Source: an uncultured bacterium
Lineage (GTDB): Bacteria > Zhuqueibacterota > QNDG01 > DSAB01
Length of the DNA stretch: 64,000 nucleotides
NCBI GenBank assembly: GCA_964617625.1
Contig: CAZTZL010000001.1
Coordinates: forward strand, 9,783 to 73,782
Direction: 5' to 3'
Below are positions 38,563-48,292 of this stretch, in pieces. Every line of letters starts with the position of its first letter. Positions within the stretch are counted from its first letter, which is position 1. Below the pieces are notes generated by a model. The model did no database searches. It saw only the letters and a program-made list of their open reading frames with translations, and was not told where the DNA came from. Position numbers and translations under genes: made by a program.

Positions 38563-38634
38563 AAAAAAGGATTTTTATTTTTCTATTTATAGAACTTGTT
38601 TTTTCGTTAGGGATTAAAAATAACTCAATGAGGA

Positions 38635-39159
38635 ATGTTTATGAAACGGTTATTTTTTTATGTATTGCATATTGGTTTGATTTTTATTTTTCTGACAGGG
38701 TGCAACCAGGGGCAGAAGAGCTCAGGTCAGCGAAAAACGGAACAGGTCACTGCACCGGATTTCAAACTTATCAGTCTTCAGGGTGATTCATTGCATCTAT
38801 CTGATTATCAGGGAAAAATTATTATACTCGATATCTGGGACACCTGGTGTCCGCCCTGCCGTAAAGGGATTCCCGATTTTGTTGAGCTGTACCAGAAATA
38901 TCAACAGAAAAATTTTGTCATTATTGGTCTCGCACTCGGAAGAGAAGGGAAAGAAAAGGTGAAAAGCTTTGTGGCGGAACAAAACATTTCGTATCCTATC
39001 GCCATTGCGGACTCAAATGTACTTGAGGCATACGGTCCGATTGAGGGAATCCCCACAACTTTTATTATTAACCAGAATGGCAAAATTGTAAACCGTTATA
39101 CCGGATACAGAGAAAAAAATGTATTTGAAAAAACAATACAAACCCTGTTAGAAGAGTGA
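38635..39159 (+). CDS. TlpA/ResA-like thiol:disulfide oxidoreductase lipoprotein
   Basis: Lipobox FLTGC. The thioredoxin-fold active site reads WDTWCPPCRKGIPDF. Confidence 0.8.
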   Translation: MFMKRLFFYVLHIGLIFIFLTGCNQGQKSSGQRKTEQVTAPDFKLISLQGDSLHLSDYQGKIIILDIWDTWCPPCRKGIPDFVELYQKYQQKNFVIIGLALGREGKEKVKSFVAEQNISYPIAIADSNVLEAYGPIEGIPTTFIINQNGKIVNRYTGYREKNVFEKTIQTLLEE

Positions 39160-39257
39160 TCTTATTTAAAATGAAACATAATCAGAATAATCGGGGCTTT
39201 TAAATCTGTCAGGATGCAATGGTCTTTGTTTTTCGTTTGAGATCAGGAGAAAGCGAT

Positions 39258-39674
39258 ATGGAAGTAATGATTCGACAAATCAAGGGACTTTCTTTGGCCG
39301 CGAAAGGAAATACGAATCACTGGGTAACGATGGATACAGAAGAAAAACACGGTGGCGAATACGCAGCATCCAAACCGATGGAATTGATTCTCATGGGTTT
39401 GGGTGGTTGCACGGGAATGGATGTACTATCCATTCTCACAAAGATGAAAGTTCATCTGGACAATATTAGTATTAATGTCAGCGCAGAACAGGCAGAAGAT
39501 TATCCAAAGGTGTTTACTAAAATTCATATTTTATATCAGTTTTTCGGAAAACAAATTAATGAGGAAAATGTGAAAAAAGCGATCGAGCTTTCCAGGACGA
39601 AATACTGTTCCGTATATGCCATGCTGATTAAGTCGGTTCAAATAGATCATTCCTATCAAATTATTTCGGAATAA
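39258..39674 (+). CDS. OsmC/Ohr-family peroxiredoxin-like protein
   Basis: It has OsmC-like conserved Cys (GLGGCTGMD and KYCSVYAML). The ATG at 39258 is preferred. The track ORF starts at 39219. Confidence 0.65.
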   Translation: MEVMIRQIKGLSLAAKGNTNHWVTMDTEEKHGGEYAASKPMELILMGLGGCTGMDVLSILTKMKVHLDNISINVSAEQAEDYPKVFTKIHILYQFFGKQINEENVKKAIELSRTKYCSVYAMLIKSVQIDHSYQIISE

Positions 39675-39695
39675 AAATCATTTAGGAGTTTAAAA

Positions 39696-40337
39696 ATGCT
39701 GAGAGAAGAAGATAAAAAAGAAATTCAAGAAAGGCTCAAGCAGATGGTTGGGCCGGTCAAATTAAAACTTTTTACACAGAAAGTTGCGGGCACCTGTCAA
39801 TACTGTGCCGAAACAGAACAATTGTTGAAAGAAGTGTCTGATCTAACAGATCAATTGTCCCTCGAAATTTACAATTTTGTGAATGACACAAACGAGGTTA
39901 AACAGTACGGTATTGATAAAATACCCGCAACGGTGATTGAAGGGAAAGAGGATTATGGAATGCGTTTTTACGGTATACCGACTGGATATGAATTTGCTAC
40001 TTTTTTAGAATCGATTTTAAAAGTCTCCAGTCAAAAATCGGCTTTATCCAAGGACGCAGTTCAAAAACTCAGCCAGATCGACAAATCTGTTCATATTCAG
40101 GTCTTTGTCACGCCGACCTGTCCGTACTGTCAAAGTGCCGCTCTAACGGCCTATCAGTTGGCCATGGAGAACGGAAATATCCGGAGTGATGTTGTGGAAG
40201 TCACTGAATTTCCGCATCTTGCCCAGAAATATGGTGTGATGGGTGTCCCGAAAATTGTGATCAACGAAGAGCATTCATTCGAAGGGGCGCTTCCGGGAAA
40301 TCTTTTTCTTGAACAGGTGATCAATGCCGTCGAATAA
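39696..40337 (+). CDS. Glutaredoxin-like protein disulfide oxidoreductase (two thioredoxin-fold units, CQYC and CPYC)
   Basis: 213 aa. The N-terminal unit has CQYC and the C-terminal unit has CPYC followed by ...GVMGVPKIVINE.... This is the PDO/Thioredoxin_3-type architecture. Confidence 0.75.
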   Translation: MLREEDKKEIQERLKQMVGPVKLKLFTQKVAGTCQYCAETEQLLKEVSDLTDQLSLEIYNFVNDTNEVKQYGIDKIPATVIEGKEDYGMRFYGIPTGYEFATFLESILKVSSQKSALSKDAVQKLSQIDKSVHIQVFVTPTCPYCQSAALTAYQLAMENGNIRSDVVEVTEFPHLAQKYGVMGVPKIVINEEHSFEGALPGNLFLEQVINAVE

Positions 40338-40591
40338 ATTATCTTCTTAATAATCTTTGGTAAAAATTTAAGATGAACAACGTTTTTTAAATTTCCAAAT
40401 GATAAAATCCAAAATCCTTTGCCATTGGCGGACCCGCCTTTGGCGGGAAATAAAGCACAAATGCCAAATATCAAAAATATTCATTTGAATTTTTTGATTT
40501 GGAATTTAATTGTCATTTGGATTTTGATATTTGGTATTTTTATTATAAAGACGGAAATTTGTAACAGTTTGGTTTCTAAAGGAATAAGGAG

Positions 40592-42199
40592 TTGGCAATG
40601 AAAAAGATTATCTCCATGATCATGTTGATGTCGATGCATTTATCCGGTGCTCCAGGTGACGTGATCCAGCAGCATGCAACGCCAGGAAGGTGCCCGACGG
40701 GGTTGACCTATGCCAATTCCACGCTCTGGGTAGCTGACCGAAAAACCGATTCTCTCTATCAAATCGATCCTGAAACAGGAAAACTTATGAAATCGTTTAC
40801 TGCTCCGGGGTATTTTATTACCGATCTGGCCTGGGATGGAAAAACGCTTTGGGCAGTCGATGTCGATCTGGAGGGAATGAATTCGGGATCAATCTATCAG
40901 ATCTGTCCCGAAACTGGAACGACATTGAAAATGATTTATGCACCTACCATGCTGCCTGAAGGACTTACATGGGATGGGATGTTTTTATGGCTGTCGGACA
41001 GCCGTGAAGGCCGGATTTATCAAATCAGCCATGATGACGGTACGACTATCAAATCGTTCAAATCTCCGGCTGCAGACCCGCAGGGACTGGCCTGGGATGG
41101 CGAGTATCTCTGGATTGCTGATCGGAAAAAGGACGAGATTTACCGTGTCGATCCGCAAACCGGATGTGTGGTGATGATACTGTCTTCTCCGGGACCTTAT
41201 CCGAGAGGACTTGCCTGGGGAGAAAATGCACTCTGGAATGTGGATTATCAAAATGACAACATCTATGAAATCAAAATATTTGACGATCAGCTTTTTTCAA
41301 GAAAGAACGAGCGTGATGCAGAAATTGTATATTCCCACGAAATTGTCAATTACGGACCGGGTGTGTTGAAAGATGTTGCGATCTTTTTTGCAATACCTGA
41401 AAATTTGGACAACCAGGATATTCTTGACATCCGGTATTCCGTTGCGCCAACACGATTTGATAAAGACCAATGGAAACAGCGGTTCGCTGTTTTTCATGCG
41501 GATACACTTAAAACAGGAGAGTCGTTGAGTCCTGAGATGACAATACACGCAAAAGTGTATGATATCATGTACCACATTTTTCCGGAAAAAGTAGGCAGTT
41601 TGAAGGAGATACCCGGGGAAATACGCAGTGATTATTTAAAGGATGACTTAAAATACTGGATCCATGATCCGGTTATTCAGGATGCAGTGAAAAAGGCTGT
41701 GGGGCAGACGAAAAATCCATACTGGATTGCACGTTCTATTTATAGCTATATCCAAGAAGCAATGCACTATGAACTGGCAGGGGGCTGGAATGTCGCTCCG
41801 ACCGTGCTGAAACGCGGTTCCGGATCCTGCTCAGAGTATACATTTGTCTACATTGCCATGTGCCGGGCTGCAGGATTGCCCGCTCGATACGCCGGTTCGG
41901 TCGTTGTTCGCGGGGATGATGCAAGTCTCGATTACGTTTTTCACAGATGGGTGGAGGTTTATCTTCCTCGATACGGCTGGGTTCCAGTGGATCCAAGCGG
42001 TGGAGACAAGGATTGGCCGAGAGATCAGGCGATGTGCTTCGGACATCTGGAAAATCGTTTTTTAATAACCACAATTGGTGGTGGTGGTTCTGCATTTTTA
42101 GGCTGGGATTACAATTCATCTGAAAGATGGAAGGCGGATGGTCCGGTCAAATTAAAGATAGAAAAATTGGGAGAGTGGAATCCGATTGTTCAAAAATAA
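40592..42199 (+). CDS. Secreted transglutaminase-like cysteine protease domain protein with N-terminal glutaminyl-cyclase-like beta-propeller repeats
   Basis: 535 aa with a signal peptide. Five or six repeats of the ...LW.aDr..d.iYqIdp.tG... type are present (glutamine cyclotransferase-like). The C-terminal transglutaminase core has the catalytic Cys in GSGSCSEYTFVYIAMCRAAGLPARY, followed by HRWVEVYL...GWVPVDPS. Confidence 0.7.
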   Translation: MAMKKIISMIMLMSMHLSGAPGDVIQQHATPGRCPTGLTYANSTLWVADRKTDSLYQIDPETGKLMKSFTAPGYFITDLAWDGKTLWAVDVDLEGMNSGSIYQICPETGTTLKMIYAPTMLPEGLTWDGMFLWLSDSREGRIYQISHDDGTTIKSFKSPAADPQGLAWDGEYLWIADRKKDEIYRVDPQTGCVVMILSSPGPYPRGLAWGENALWNVDYQNDNIYEIKIFDDQLFSRKNERDAEIVYSHEIVNYGPGVLKDVAIFFAIPENLDNQDILDIRYSVAPTRFDKDQWKQRFAVFHADTLKTGESLSPEMTIHAKVYDIMYHIFPEKVGSLKEIPGEIRSDYLKDDLKYWIHDPVIQDAVKKAVGQTKNPYWIARSIYSYIQEAMHYELAGGWNVAPTVLKRGSGSCSEYTFVYIAMCRAAGLPARYAGSVVVRGDDASLDYVFHRWVEVYLPRYGWVPVDPSGGDKDWPRDQAMCFGHLENRFLITTIGGGGSAFLGWDYNSSERWKADGPVKLKIEKLGEWNPIVQK

Positions 42200-42224
42200 A
42201 TCATAAATTCAATTTTGTCTGTTA

Positions 42225-42262
42225 AAGGCCCCGGAATTATTTATTTCGGGGCCTTTTCTTTG
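42225..42262 (+). terminator. Rho-independent terminator
   Basis: AAGGCCCCG-(loop gaattatttattt)-CGGGGCCTT is followed by TTCTTTG. Confidence 0.8.
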
Positions 42263-42411
42263 AAATAATTGAAATTAAACGGATTGGCATAGCTTTTGTA
42301 GAAACTGATATGGATTTAATTTTAAGTGTTTCAGACAGGAATTTTTTCCTTTTGAAATTTGAAATAGCAATGCTGATTCATATTGAAAGCCGTTAAGTTC
42401 ACGTTGATTAT

Positions 42412-42804
42412 ATGGAGGACAAAATATTGTCAAAAATATTGATTGTGGATGATGATGGCGGCATCCGTATGCTGCTTTCCAAATTCCTGGAAAGAGAGGG
42501 ATTTGAAATTGTCGTGGCAGAGGATGGATTGGAAGGTGTTGAAATTGCGAAGAAGACGCAGCCTGATATCATCATTCTTGATGTTGTCATGCCCAGAATG
42601 GATGGCATCACAGCAGCCAGATTGATCAAGTTTTATAAACCACTTGCCGAGGTGCCTATTATTTTCCTGACTGCAAAAGACGCGGACAAAGAGATTGAAC
42701 TGGCGCAGGAAGCACGAGCCGAGGTTTATATTACAAAGCCCTTTGATGTCCATCAGGTGATCCATGTGGTCAAAGAAATTTTATCAACTTCTGCAAAAGT
42801 ATAG
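42412..42804 (+). CDS. Single-domain response regulator (CheY/PilG-like), paralog of the 19041 receiver
   Basis: Receiver motifs include ILIVDDDGG, the D in IILDVVMP and LTAKDA...K. Confidence 0.8.
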   Translation: MEDKILSKILIVDDDGGIRMLLSKFLEREGFEIVVAEDGLEGVEIAKKTQPDIIILDVVMPRMDGITAARLIKFYKPLAEVPIIFLTAKDADKEIELAQEARAEVYITKPFDVHQVIHVVKEILSTSAKV

Positions 42805-42893
42805 TAAATATTCACAAAATGTAACCATGCATGGATTTATGAAATTGAAATCATTCCCTGAATTTAATATAACTATATATATGGTGTAATTGT

Positions 42894-43442
42894 ATGAACA
42901 ATACCCAATCTTTTGTTGTATTTACTCTTGACAACCAAAAATTTGCCTTACATCTGGGAGCTGTTGAGAAAATTGCACAAGCCGCTGAAATTATTCCTTT
43001 GCCCAAGGCGCCGGAGATTGTGATGGGCGTTATCAACGTTCAGGGGCGTGTTGTACCTGTTGTGAACATCCGCAGACGATTTCAGCTGCCTGAACATGAC
43101 ATCAATGTTAAGGACCATTTCATTGTCTGTCGAACGAACCAAATAAATGTGGCCATCTTGGTGGATGCCGTTTTGGATATCATTGAATGTTCCGAAAAAG
43201 ATATTATTGAGAAGTCAAATATTTTGACCGATATAGAATATATCGAAGGTGTGGTCAAATCAGCGGACGGAATGATATTGATTCATGATCTAAATAAATT
43301 TCTGTCCAACAAGGAATCGAATATAATCAATGAAGTGATTAAAGACAGCGATAAACTGTTAAAAGCAAAAGAAATTTCAAAAAGTCAAACGAAACCAAAA
43401 ACATCTGAAAAAAAGAAAAAAGCATTAAAAAAACGGGATTGA
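42894..43442 (+). CDS. cheW: CheW-like coupling protein
   Basis: The CheW domain is recognisable (FVVFTLDNQKFALHLGAVEKI...VMGVINVQGRVVPVVNIRRRF). A Lys-rich tail follows. Confidence 0.8.
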   Translation: MNNTQSFVVFTLDNQKFALHLGAVEKIAQAAEIIPLPKAPEIVMGVINVQGRVVPVVNIRRRFQLPEHDINVKDHFIVCRTNQINVAILVDAVLDIIECSEKDIIEKSNILTDIEYIEGVVKSADGMILIHDLNKFLSNKESNIINEVIKDSDKLLKAKEISKSQTKPKTSEKKKKALKKRD

Positions 43443-43450
43443 GCTACAAC

Positions 43451-44986
43451 ATGAATAAAAGAATTCCGAACGCTCTTTTGTCAAAATTCAGCCGTTTTAT
43501 CAATCAGCAAATGGGCATCTATTTTCCAAAGAACAGGTGGCTGGATCTTCTCAGAGGTATTTCTTCTGCAGCTCGTGAATTCGGATTTGATGATGTTGAA
43601 GAATGTATTCAGTGGTTGATTTCTTCGCCGCTAAAAAAGAACCAGGTCGAGATTCTGGCATGTCACCTTACGGTCGGAGAGACCTATTTTTTCAGAGAAA
43701 CCAAAATAATCGAAGCAATGGAACAGTATGTTCTTCCTGAAATAATCAAATCACAAAGGCAGAATGGAAAGCGATTGCGGCTCTGGAGTGCGGGATGTTG
43801 TACAGGAGAAGAACCTTATACTCTGGCGATACTCCTTTCTCGAATGATTCCTGATATCAAGGACTGGAATATCACGATATTGGCTACCGATATCAATCCC
43901 TTGTTTTTACAGAAAGCGGCAGAAGGTGTCTATCGTGAATGGTCTTTCAGAGGCACTCCGTACTGGATAAAAGACACTTATTTTAAAAAGTTGGCTGACG
44001 GGAATTTTGAAATTCTACCCAACATTAAACGGATGGTAAAATTTTCCTATCTTAATTTGGTTGAAGATTTGTATCCGTCTATTTTTAGCGATACAAATGC
44101 AATGGATGTTATTTTCTGCCGTAATGTGCTAATGTATTTTTCTCCAGATATCGTGAAAAAGATTGTAGGTAAACTGCATGATGCACTGTTGGATGATCGA
44201 TGGCTTATCGTGGGTTCGAGCGAAACATCACAGTTCTATTTTCCCCAATATATTACTGTCAATTTCCCGGGAGCGATTCTATATAAGAAAATCGATAAAG
44301 AAATGAAAAAAAGCTCCCGAGTTGAAAACTATATTCCGAATATTTTCTCTGAAGATAATAAAAGCCAGATTGGCTTTCTAGATTCTAACATTCATTTTAT
44401 TCCGAATCCAGAATTGGAAACAAAAAACAAAGAAGATGAAGTAGAAAAGGAGAAGTGGCAAAATATCGAGGAAGCGGATCAATCTTTAACGCCAATAGAA
44501 GCGATAGAAATTTTATACCAATCCGGTGATTACAAAGGTACAATTCAAAAAATTGAAGAGAACATTGGTGATTATAATGAAAATCCGAAGGCAATGAAAT
44601 ATTTGGCAAAGGCCTGTGCAAATCAGGGAAATTTGAACGACGCTCTTGTCTGGTGCGAAAAGGCGATCATTCTGGATAAATTAAATCCTCAGTTTTATCA
44701 TCTTCGGGCAGCCATTCTTGAAGAACAGGGATTTATTGAAAAAGCACTGGGAGAATTGAAGAGGGCTTTGTATTTGGACCCCAATTTTGTGCTGGCGCAT
44801 TTTATGTTGGGCAACCTGACACGCAAGCAGGGGAATCTGCAGGAATCAAGAAAGTATTTTGAAAATGCACTGTCCATTTTAAAAACCCATGATCGTGAAG
44901 AAATATTGCCCGAATCCGAAGGAATGAATGCAGGAAGATTGATGGAGCTTATTCAGCTCTCCATGAATGGGGAGTTAAATGCATAA
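43451..44986 (+). CDS. cheR: Chemotaxis methyltransferase CheR fused to C-terminal TPR repeats
   Basis: The CheR SAM-methyltransferase core includes TVGETYFFRE, LRLWSAGCCTGEEPYTLA and FCRNVLMYF. A C-terminal ~150-aa TPR region follows. The track ORF starts at TTG 43439, overlapping the cheW stop. Confidence 0.85.
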   Translation: MNKRIPNALLSKFSRFINQQMGIYFPKNRWLDLLRGISSAAREFGFDDVEECIQWLISSPLKKNQVEILACHLTVGETYFFRETKIIEAMEQYVLPEIIKSQRQNGKRLRLWSAGCCTGEEPYTLAILLSRMIPDIKDWNITILATDINPLFLQKAAEGVYREWSFRGTPYWIKDTYFKKLADGNFEILPNIKRMVKFSYLNLVEDLYPSIFSDTNAMDVIFCRNVLMYFSPDIVKKIVGKLHDALLDDRWLIVGSSETSQFYFPQYITVNFPGAILYKKIDKEMKKSSRVENYIPNIFSEDNKSQIGFLDSNIHFIPNPELETKNKEDEVEKEKWQNIEEADQSLTPIEAIEILYQSGDYKGTIQKIEENIGDYNENPKAMKYLAKACANQGNLNDALVWCEKAIILDKLNPQFYHLRAAILEEQGFIEKALGELKRALYLDPNFVLAHFMLGNLTRKQGNLQESRKYFENALSILKTHDREEILPESEGMNAGRLMELIQLSMNGELNA

Positions 44987-45049
44987 TAGGAGCACGTATG
45001 GTTTTTTAAATTATTAAAATGAAGATGCAAATAAAGAGAGGGTTACGGT

Positions 45050-45580
45050 TTGGGTAAAAATGATAAGAAATTAACGATACTGAAAAATAGGGCCAGGGAA
45101 CTTTCTGAAGAACTGAAAGAGAACGGTGCGATTGAAAATCAGGTCGAGATCATAGAATTTGTTCTGGCATACGAAAAGTATGGCGTAGAATCCTGTTTTG
45201 TACGGGAAGTTTATCCGATGAAAGAGTTTACACCGATTCCTGGAACTCCGAATTTTGTCATGGGAATTATCAATATCAGGGGACAGATTATATCAATTAT
45301 TGACATAAAGAAATTCTTCGGATTACCGGAGAAAGGGTTGACAGATTTAAACCGTGTTATTATTGCTGATTATAATGACATGGAAGTGGGCATTTTGGCG
45401 GATATTATACTGGGTGTCCGCAATATTGCCATCAACGAGATCCAACCCTCTCTTCCCACATTAACAGAAATTCGTTCAAAATATCTGAAAGGAATTACGA
45501 GAGACGGAGTTGTCATTCTGGATATTGTGAAGCTATTGTCTGATCCGAAGCTGATTATTTCCAGTGAAGTGGAAATTTAG
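45050..45580 (+). CDS. cheW: CheW-like coupling protein (second copy)
   Basis: The CheW domain reads ...IEFVLAYEKYGVESCFVREVYPMKEFTPIPGTPNFVMGIINIRGQIISIIDI.... A TTG start is inferred. Confidence 0.75.
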   Translation: MGKNDKKLTILKNRARELSEELKENGAIENQVEIIEFVLAYEKYGVESCFVREVYPMKEFTPIPGTPNFVMGIINIRGQIISIIDIKKFFGLPEKGLTDLNRVIIADYNDMEVGILADIILGVRNIAINEIQPSLPTLTEIRSKYLKGITRDGVVILDIVKLLSDPKLIISSEVEI

Positions 45581-45637
45581 GAAAACAGGGATTACTGTAA
45601 AATTGAATTATATTGTAAAAAAAACGAAAGGTGAATC

Positions 45638-46081
45638 ATGAAAAAGCGCTCTTTTCTACTCGTATCAATAACCATTCTAATTGTCTTTATGATCAGTGAT
45701 GCACAGTTGAGCAGCAATTATAAAATCATTGTGCATTCATCGAATCCTGTTTCAAAAATTACACGCGATGACCTTTCAAAAATATTTCTGAAGAAGATAA
45801 AAATTTGGGAGGACGGAAATGAAATTCATCCGGTTGATCTTGTATACGATTCTCCGGTGCGGAAGGGATTTTCGAATGAAATTCATCACAGACCTGTATC
45901 CAAAATTAAAGCATATTGGCAAATGCAAATTTTCTCGGGTAAGGATGTTCCTCCGCCACAGCTTGATTATGAAGATGATGTGATGTCATTTGTAAAATCG
46001 GATCCAGGGGCAATCGGATATCTTTCCTCCGGTACATCCTTGAATCAGGGTCACATTAAAATTATATCAATTACAGAATAG
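45638..46081 (+). CDS. Small secreted PBP-like (PstS-type periplasmic-binding fold) protein, truncated single lobe
   Basis: 147 aa with a signal peptide. PBP_like_2-type motifs are present (KITRDDLSKIFLKKIKIWEDG ... AIGYLSSG). Confidence 0.5.
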   Translation: MKKRSFLLVSITILIVFMISDAQLSSNYKIIVHSSNPVSKITRDDLSKIFLKKIKIWEDGNEIHPVDLVYDSPVRKGFSNEIHHRPVSKIKAYWQMQIFSGKDVPPPQLDYEDDVMSFVKSDPGAIGYLSSGTSLNQGHIKIISITE

Positions 46082-46125
46082 TCTTTTGAGCCGTTTTCAT
46101 AACACAGTAAGGATTGGAGTCTGTT

Positions 46126-47733
46126 ATGTTAAGAAAATTGAAATTTCAGTATAAGATTTTTCTGATTCCCGGTCTTGCGATACTGGCATTTATTATCAGT
46201 TTGATAATAACCAGATCATACACAACGAGGAATGAGAAAGTAATCGGCCAGATTGTGAATGGCTATGCGCCTGCCTGGGAATTGAATCGTGATTTGGTAG
46301 AATTTTTGGATTTTATCCAGCGAGATATGCAGGACGCAGTGATTTCGCAGGATGAAGAAAAATTGGTTGAAACAGAAAATTATCGAAACCGGTTTCTTGC
46401 GAGGATAGAAAGTGAAAAAGATAATTTTGTCTTCATTACAGATGAACTTGATGTACTGATCAGGGACTTCAAAGAGTATTACACATTTTCCAAGAAAGTT
46501 TCCCTGAGTATGATTAAAGGTACTTCTGATGAACAGATATTACATGATGCGGATACGATGAGAGAGATGGGAAAAGTGATCAGAGATAAACTGGATCAAA
46601 ATATTATCCGTAATAAAAACAATATGTCTGCCGCTCTTTCTATCGCGAGACAAAACAACAGGATGATGTTGATAACCAGTATTATAACAATCATTGTTTT
46701 TATCTTTTTACTTTGTGCTTTAACATTTCTTATTGTTGCATCGATTTCAGGTCCTTTAAATTCCGCCATTCAAATTGCAGGACAAGTGGCAAACGGAGAT
46801 CTCACTGTTGAAGTCCCGGATAACGACTCCAAAGATGAAGCAGGCACATTGCTGCGGACATTTCAGAAAATGGTAAAAAATCTGCGTAGTTTGACAATTC
46901 AAATAAAAGAAGGCGCCAATGCACTTGCTTCTGCGGCCAGTGAAATTTCGGCTTCTGTGACACAGATTGCAGCAGGCGCGACACAAACTGCAACTGCAGC
47001 GAATCAGACAAGTGCCACAGTTGAGGAAGTTAGGCAGACTGCTCAGGATTCAAACCGGAAAGCAAAACATGTTTCTGAGAGTTCGCAAAAAGCGGTTCAG
47101 ATATCACAGGCAGGAGAAAAGGCTGTTACTGAAACGATCAATGGAATGCACAGAATCCAGTCTCAAATGGAATCCATTGCTGAAAGCATTATGAAGCTCA
47201 GTGAGCACGGACAGGCGATAGGAGGCATTATCGCAACGGTGGAAGATGTCGCCGAACAATCCAACCTGCTGGCGGTGAATGCTTCGATAGAAGCAGCCAA
47301 GGCAGGAGAACAGGGTAAAGGGTTTGCCGTAGTTGCCCAGGAAGTCAAGAATCTGGCGGAACAATCACGGCAGTCCACATCCAGGGTCAGAAATATTTTG
47401 GATGATATTCAGAAAGCAACTGGCGGTTCGGTCATGACAACCGAACAGGGGAGCAAAGCAGTAGAAGCCGGAGTCAAGCAATCCATGGAAGCCGGTGAAT
47501 CCATTCAGCGGCTGGCAAACAGTGTAGCGGAAGCGGCACAGGCGACAACCCAGATTGCGGTTTCAAGTCAGGAGCAGCTTGTCGGCATGGATCAGATGGT
47601 TTCGGCCATGGAAAGCATCAAGCAGGCCAGTACACAGAATGTGGCGGCGACAAAGCAGGTTGAAACAGCAGCCCGTGACCTTGGAGAGCTGGGACAAAAA
47701 TTGAAAAATATTGTTGAACAATATAAGGTGTAG
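46126..47733 (+). CDS. Methyl-accepting chemotaxis protein
   Basis: Two TM helices bracket a ~150-aa periplasmic region. A HAMP domain ([16 protein letters not shown]) and a methyl-accepting signalling domain with the highly conserved hairpin (...[37 protein letters not shown]...) follow. The track ORF starts at TTG 46114. Confidence 0.9.
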   Translation: MLRKLKFQYKIFLIPGLAILAFIISLIITRSYTTRNEKVIGQIVNGYAPAWELNRDLVEFLDFIQRDMQDAVISQDEEKLVETENYRNRFLARIESEKDNFVFITDELDVLIRDFKEYYTFSKKVSLSMIKGTSDEQILHDADTMREMGKVIRDKLDQNIIRNKNNMSAALSIARQNNRMMLITSIITIIVFIFLLCALTFLIVASISGPLNSAIQIAGQVANGDLTVEVPDNDSKDEAGTLLRTFQKMVKNLRSLTIQIKEGANALASAASEISASVTQIAAGATQTATAANQTSATVEEVRQTAQDSNRKAKHVSESSQKAVQISQAGEKAVTETINGMHRIQSQMESIAESIMKLSEHGQAIGGIIATVEDVAEQSNLLAVNASIEAAKAGEQGKGFAVVAQEVKNLAEQSRQSTSRVRNILDDIQKATGGSVMTTEQGSKAVEAGVKQSMEAGESIQRLANSVAEAAQATTQIAVSSQEQLVGMDQMVSAMESIKQASTQNVAATKQVETAARDLGELGQKLKNIVEQYKV

Positions 47734-47818
47734 CCAAGTCTATATCGGTGTACTGATGCTTCGATCGGAGTGAATAGGATTACAAATTTAATATTAAAAA
47801 ATATACTGGAGAATTGAA

Positions 47819-48247
47819 ATGAATCAGTCAGACAATGATTTCTTTAGGGAGTTGATCTCGGTATTCAAATTGGAATCTGAAGAGCATATCCAGATGATCA
47901 AAAAGGGGCTGGATGAGTTTGAAAGCGATTCGCCAGAGGGTGCCGCTCTGGATGATATTCTTGAGCGTGTACATCGTGCGGCTCACAGTTTGAAAGGGGC
48001 AGCCCGCACCATTGGTCTTACTGATATAGAACCTGTTTGCCAGGCAATGGAAAGTGTTTTCAGTGTTTATAAAAGAAAAAAAATCGCACCTGCTTCAGAG
48101 ATTATTGTGCTTATGCAGCAGGCTGTGGATCAATTAGGCAAGATTTTGTTGTCAATTAACGAAGAGGGACAAGTATCGGGAGATAAAAGCGGGCTGGTCC
48201 GTCTCATGGATGAAATGAATAAACAACTCTCTGTAATGAGTGAATAG
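47819..48247 (+). CDS. Stand-alone Hpt (histidine phosphotransfer) protein, paralog of CheA P1
   Basis: 142 aa. The Hpt motif HRAAHSLKGAARTIGL is present. The N-terminus MNQSDNDFFRELISVFKLESEEHI closely parallels the N-terminus of the downstream CheA. Confidence 0.8.
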   Translation: MNQSDNDFFRELISVFKLESEEHIQMIKKGLDEFESDSPEGAALDDILERVHRAAHSLKGAARTIGLTDIEPVCQAMESVFSVYKRKKIAPASEIIVLMQQAVDQLGKILLSINEEGQVSGDKSGLVRLMDEMNKQLSVMSE

Positions 48248-48292
48248 AATTTTTAATATCATGTGCGTTATACCGATAGTTTTGGAGCAAAG

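Noticed and set aside
38559-38786. 75-aa ORF overlapping the start of the TlpA-like gene.
   Set aside because: It is out of frame with, and mostly overlaps, the well-supported thioredoxin-fold lipoprotein gene, and it has no motifs.
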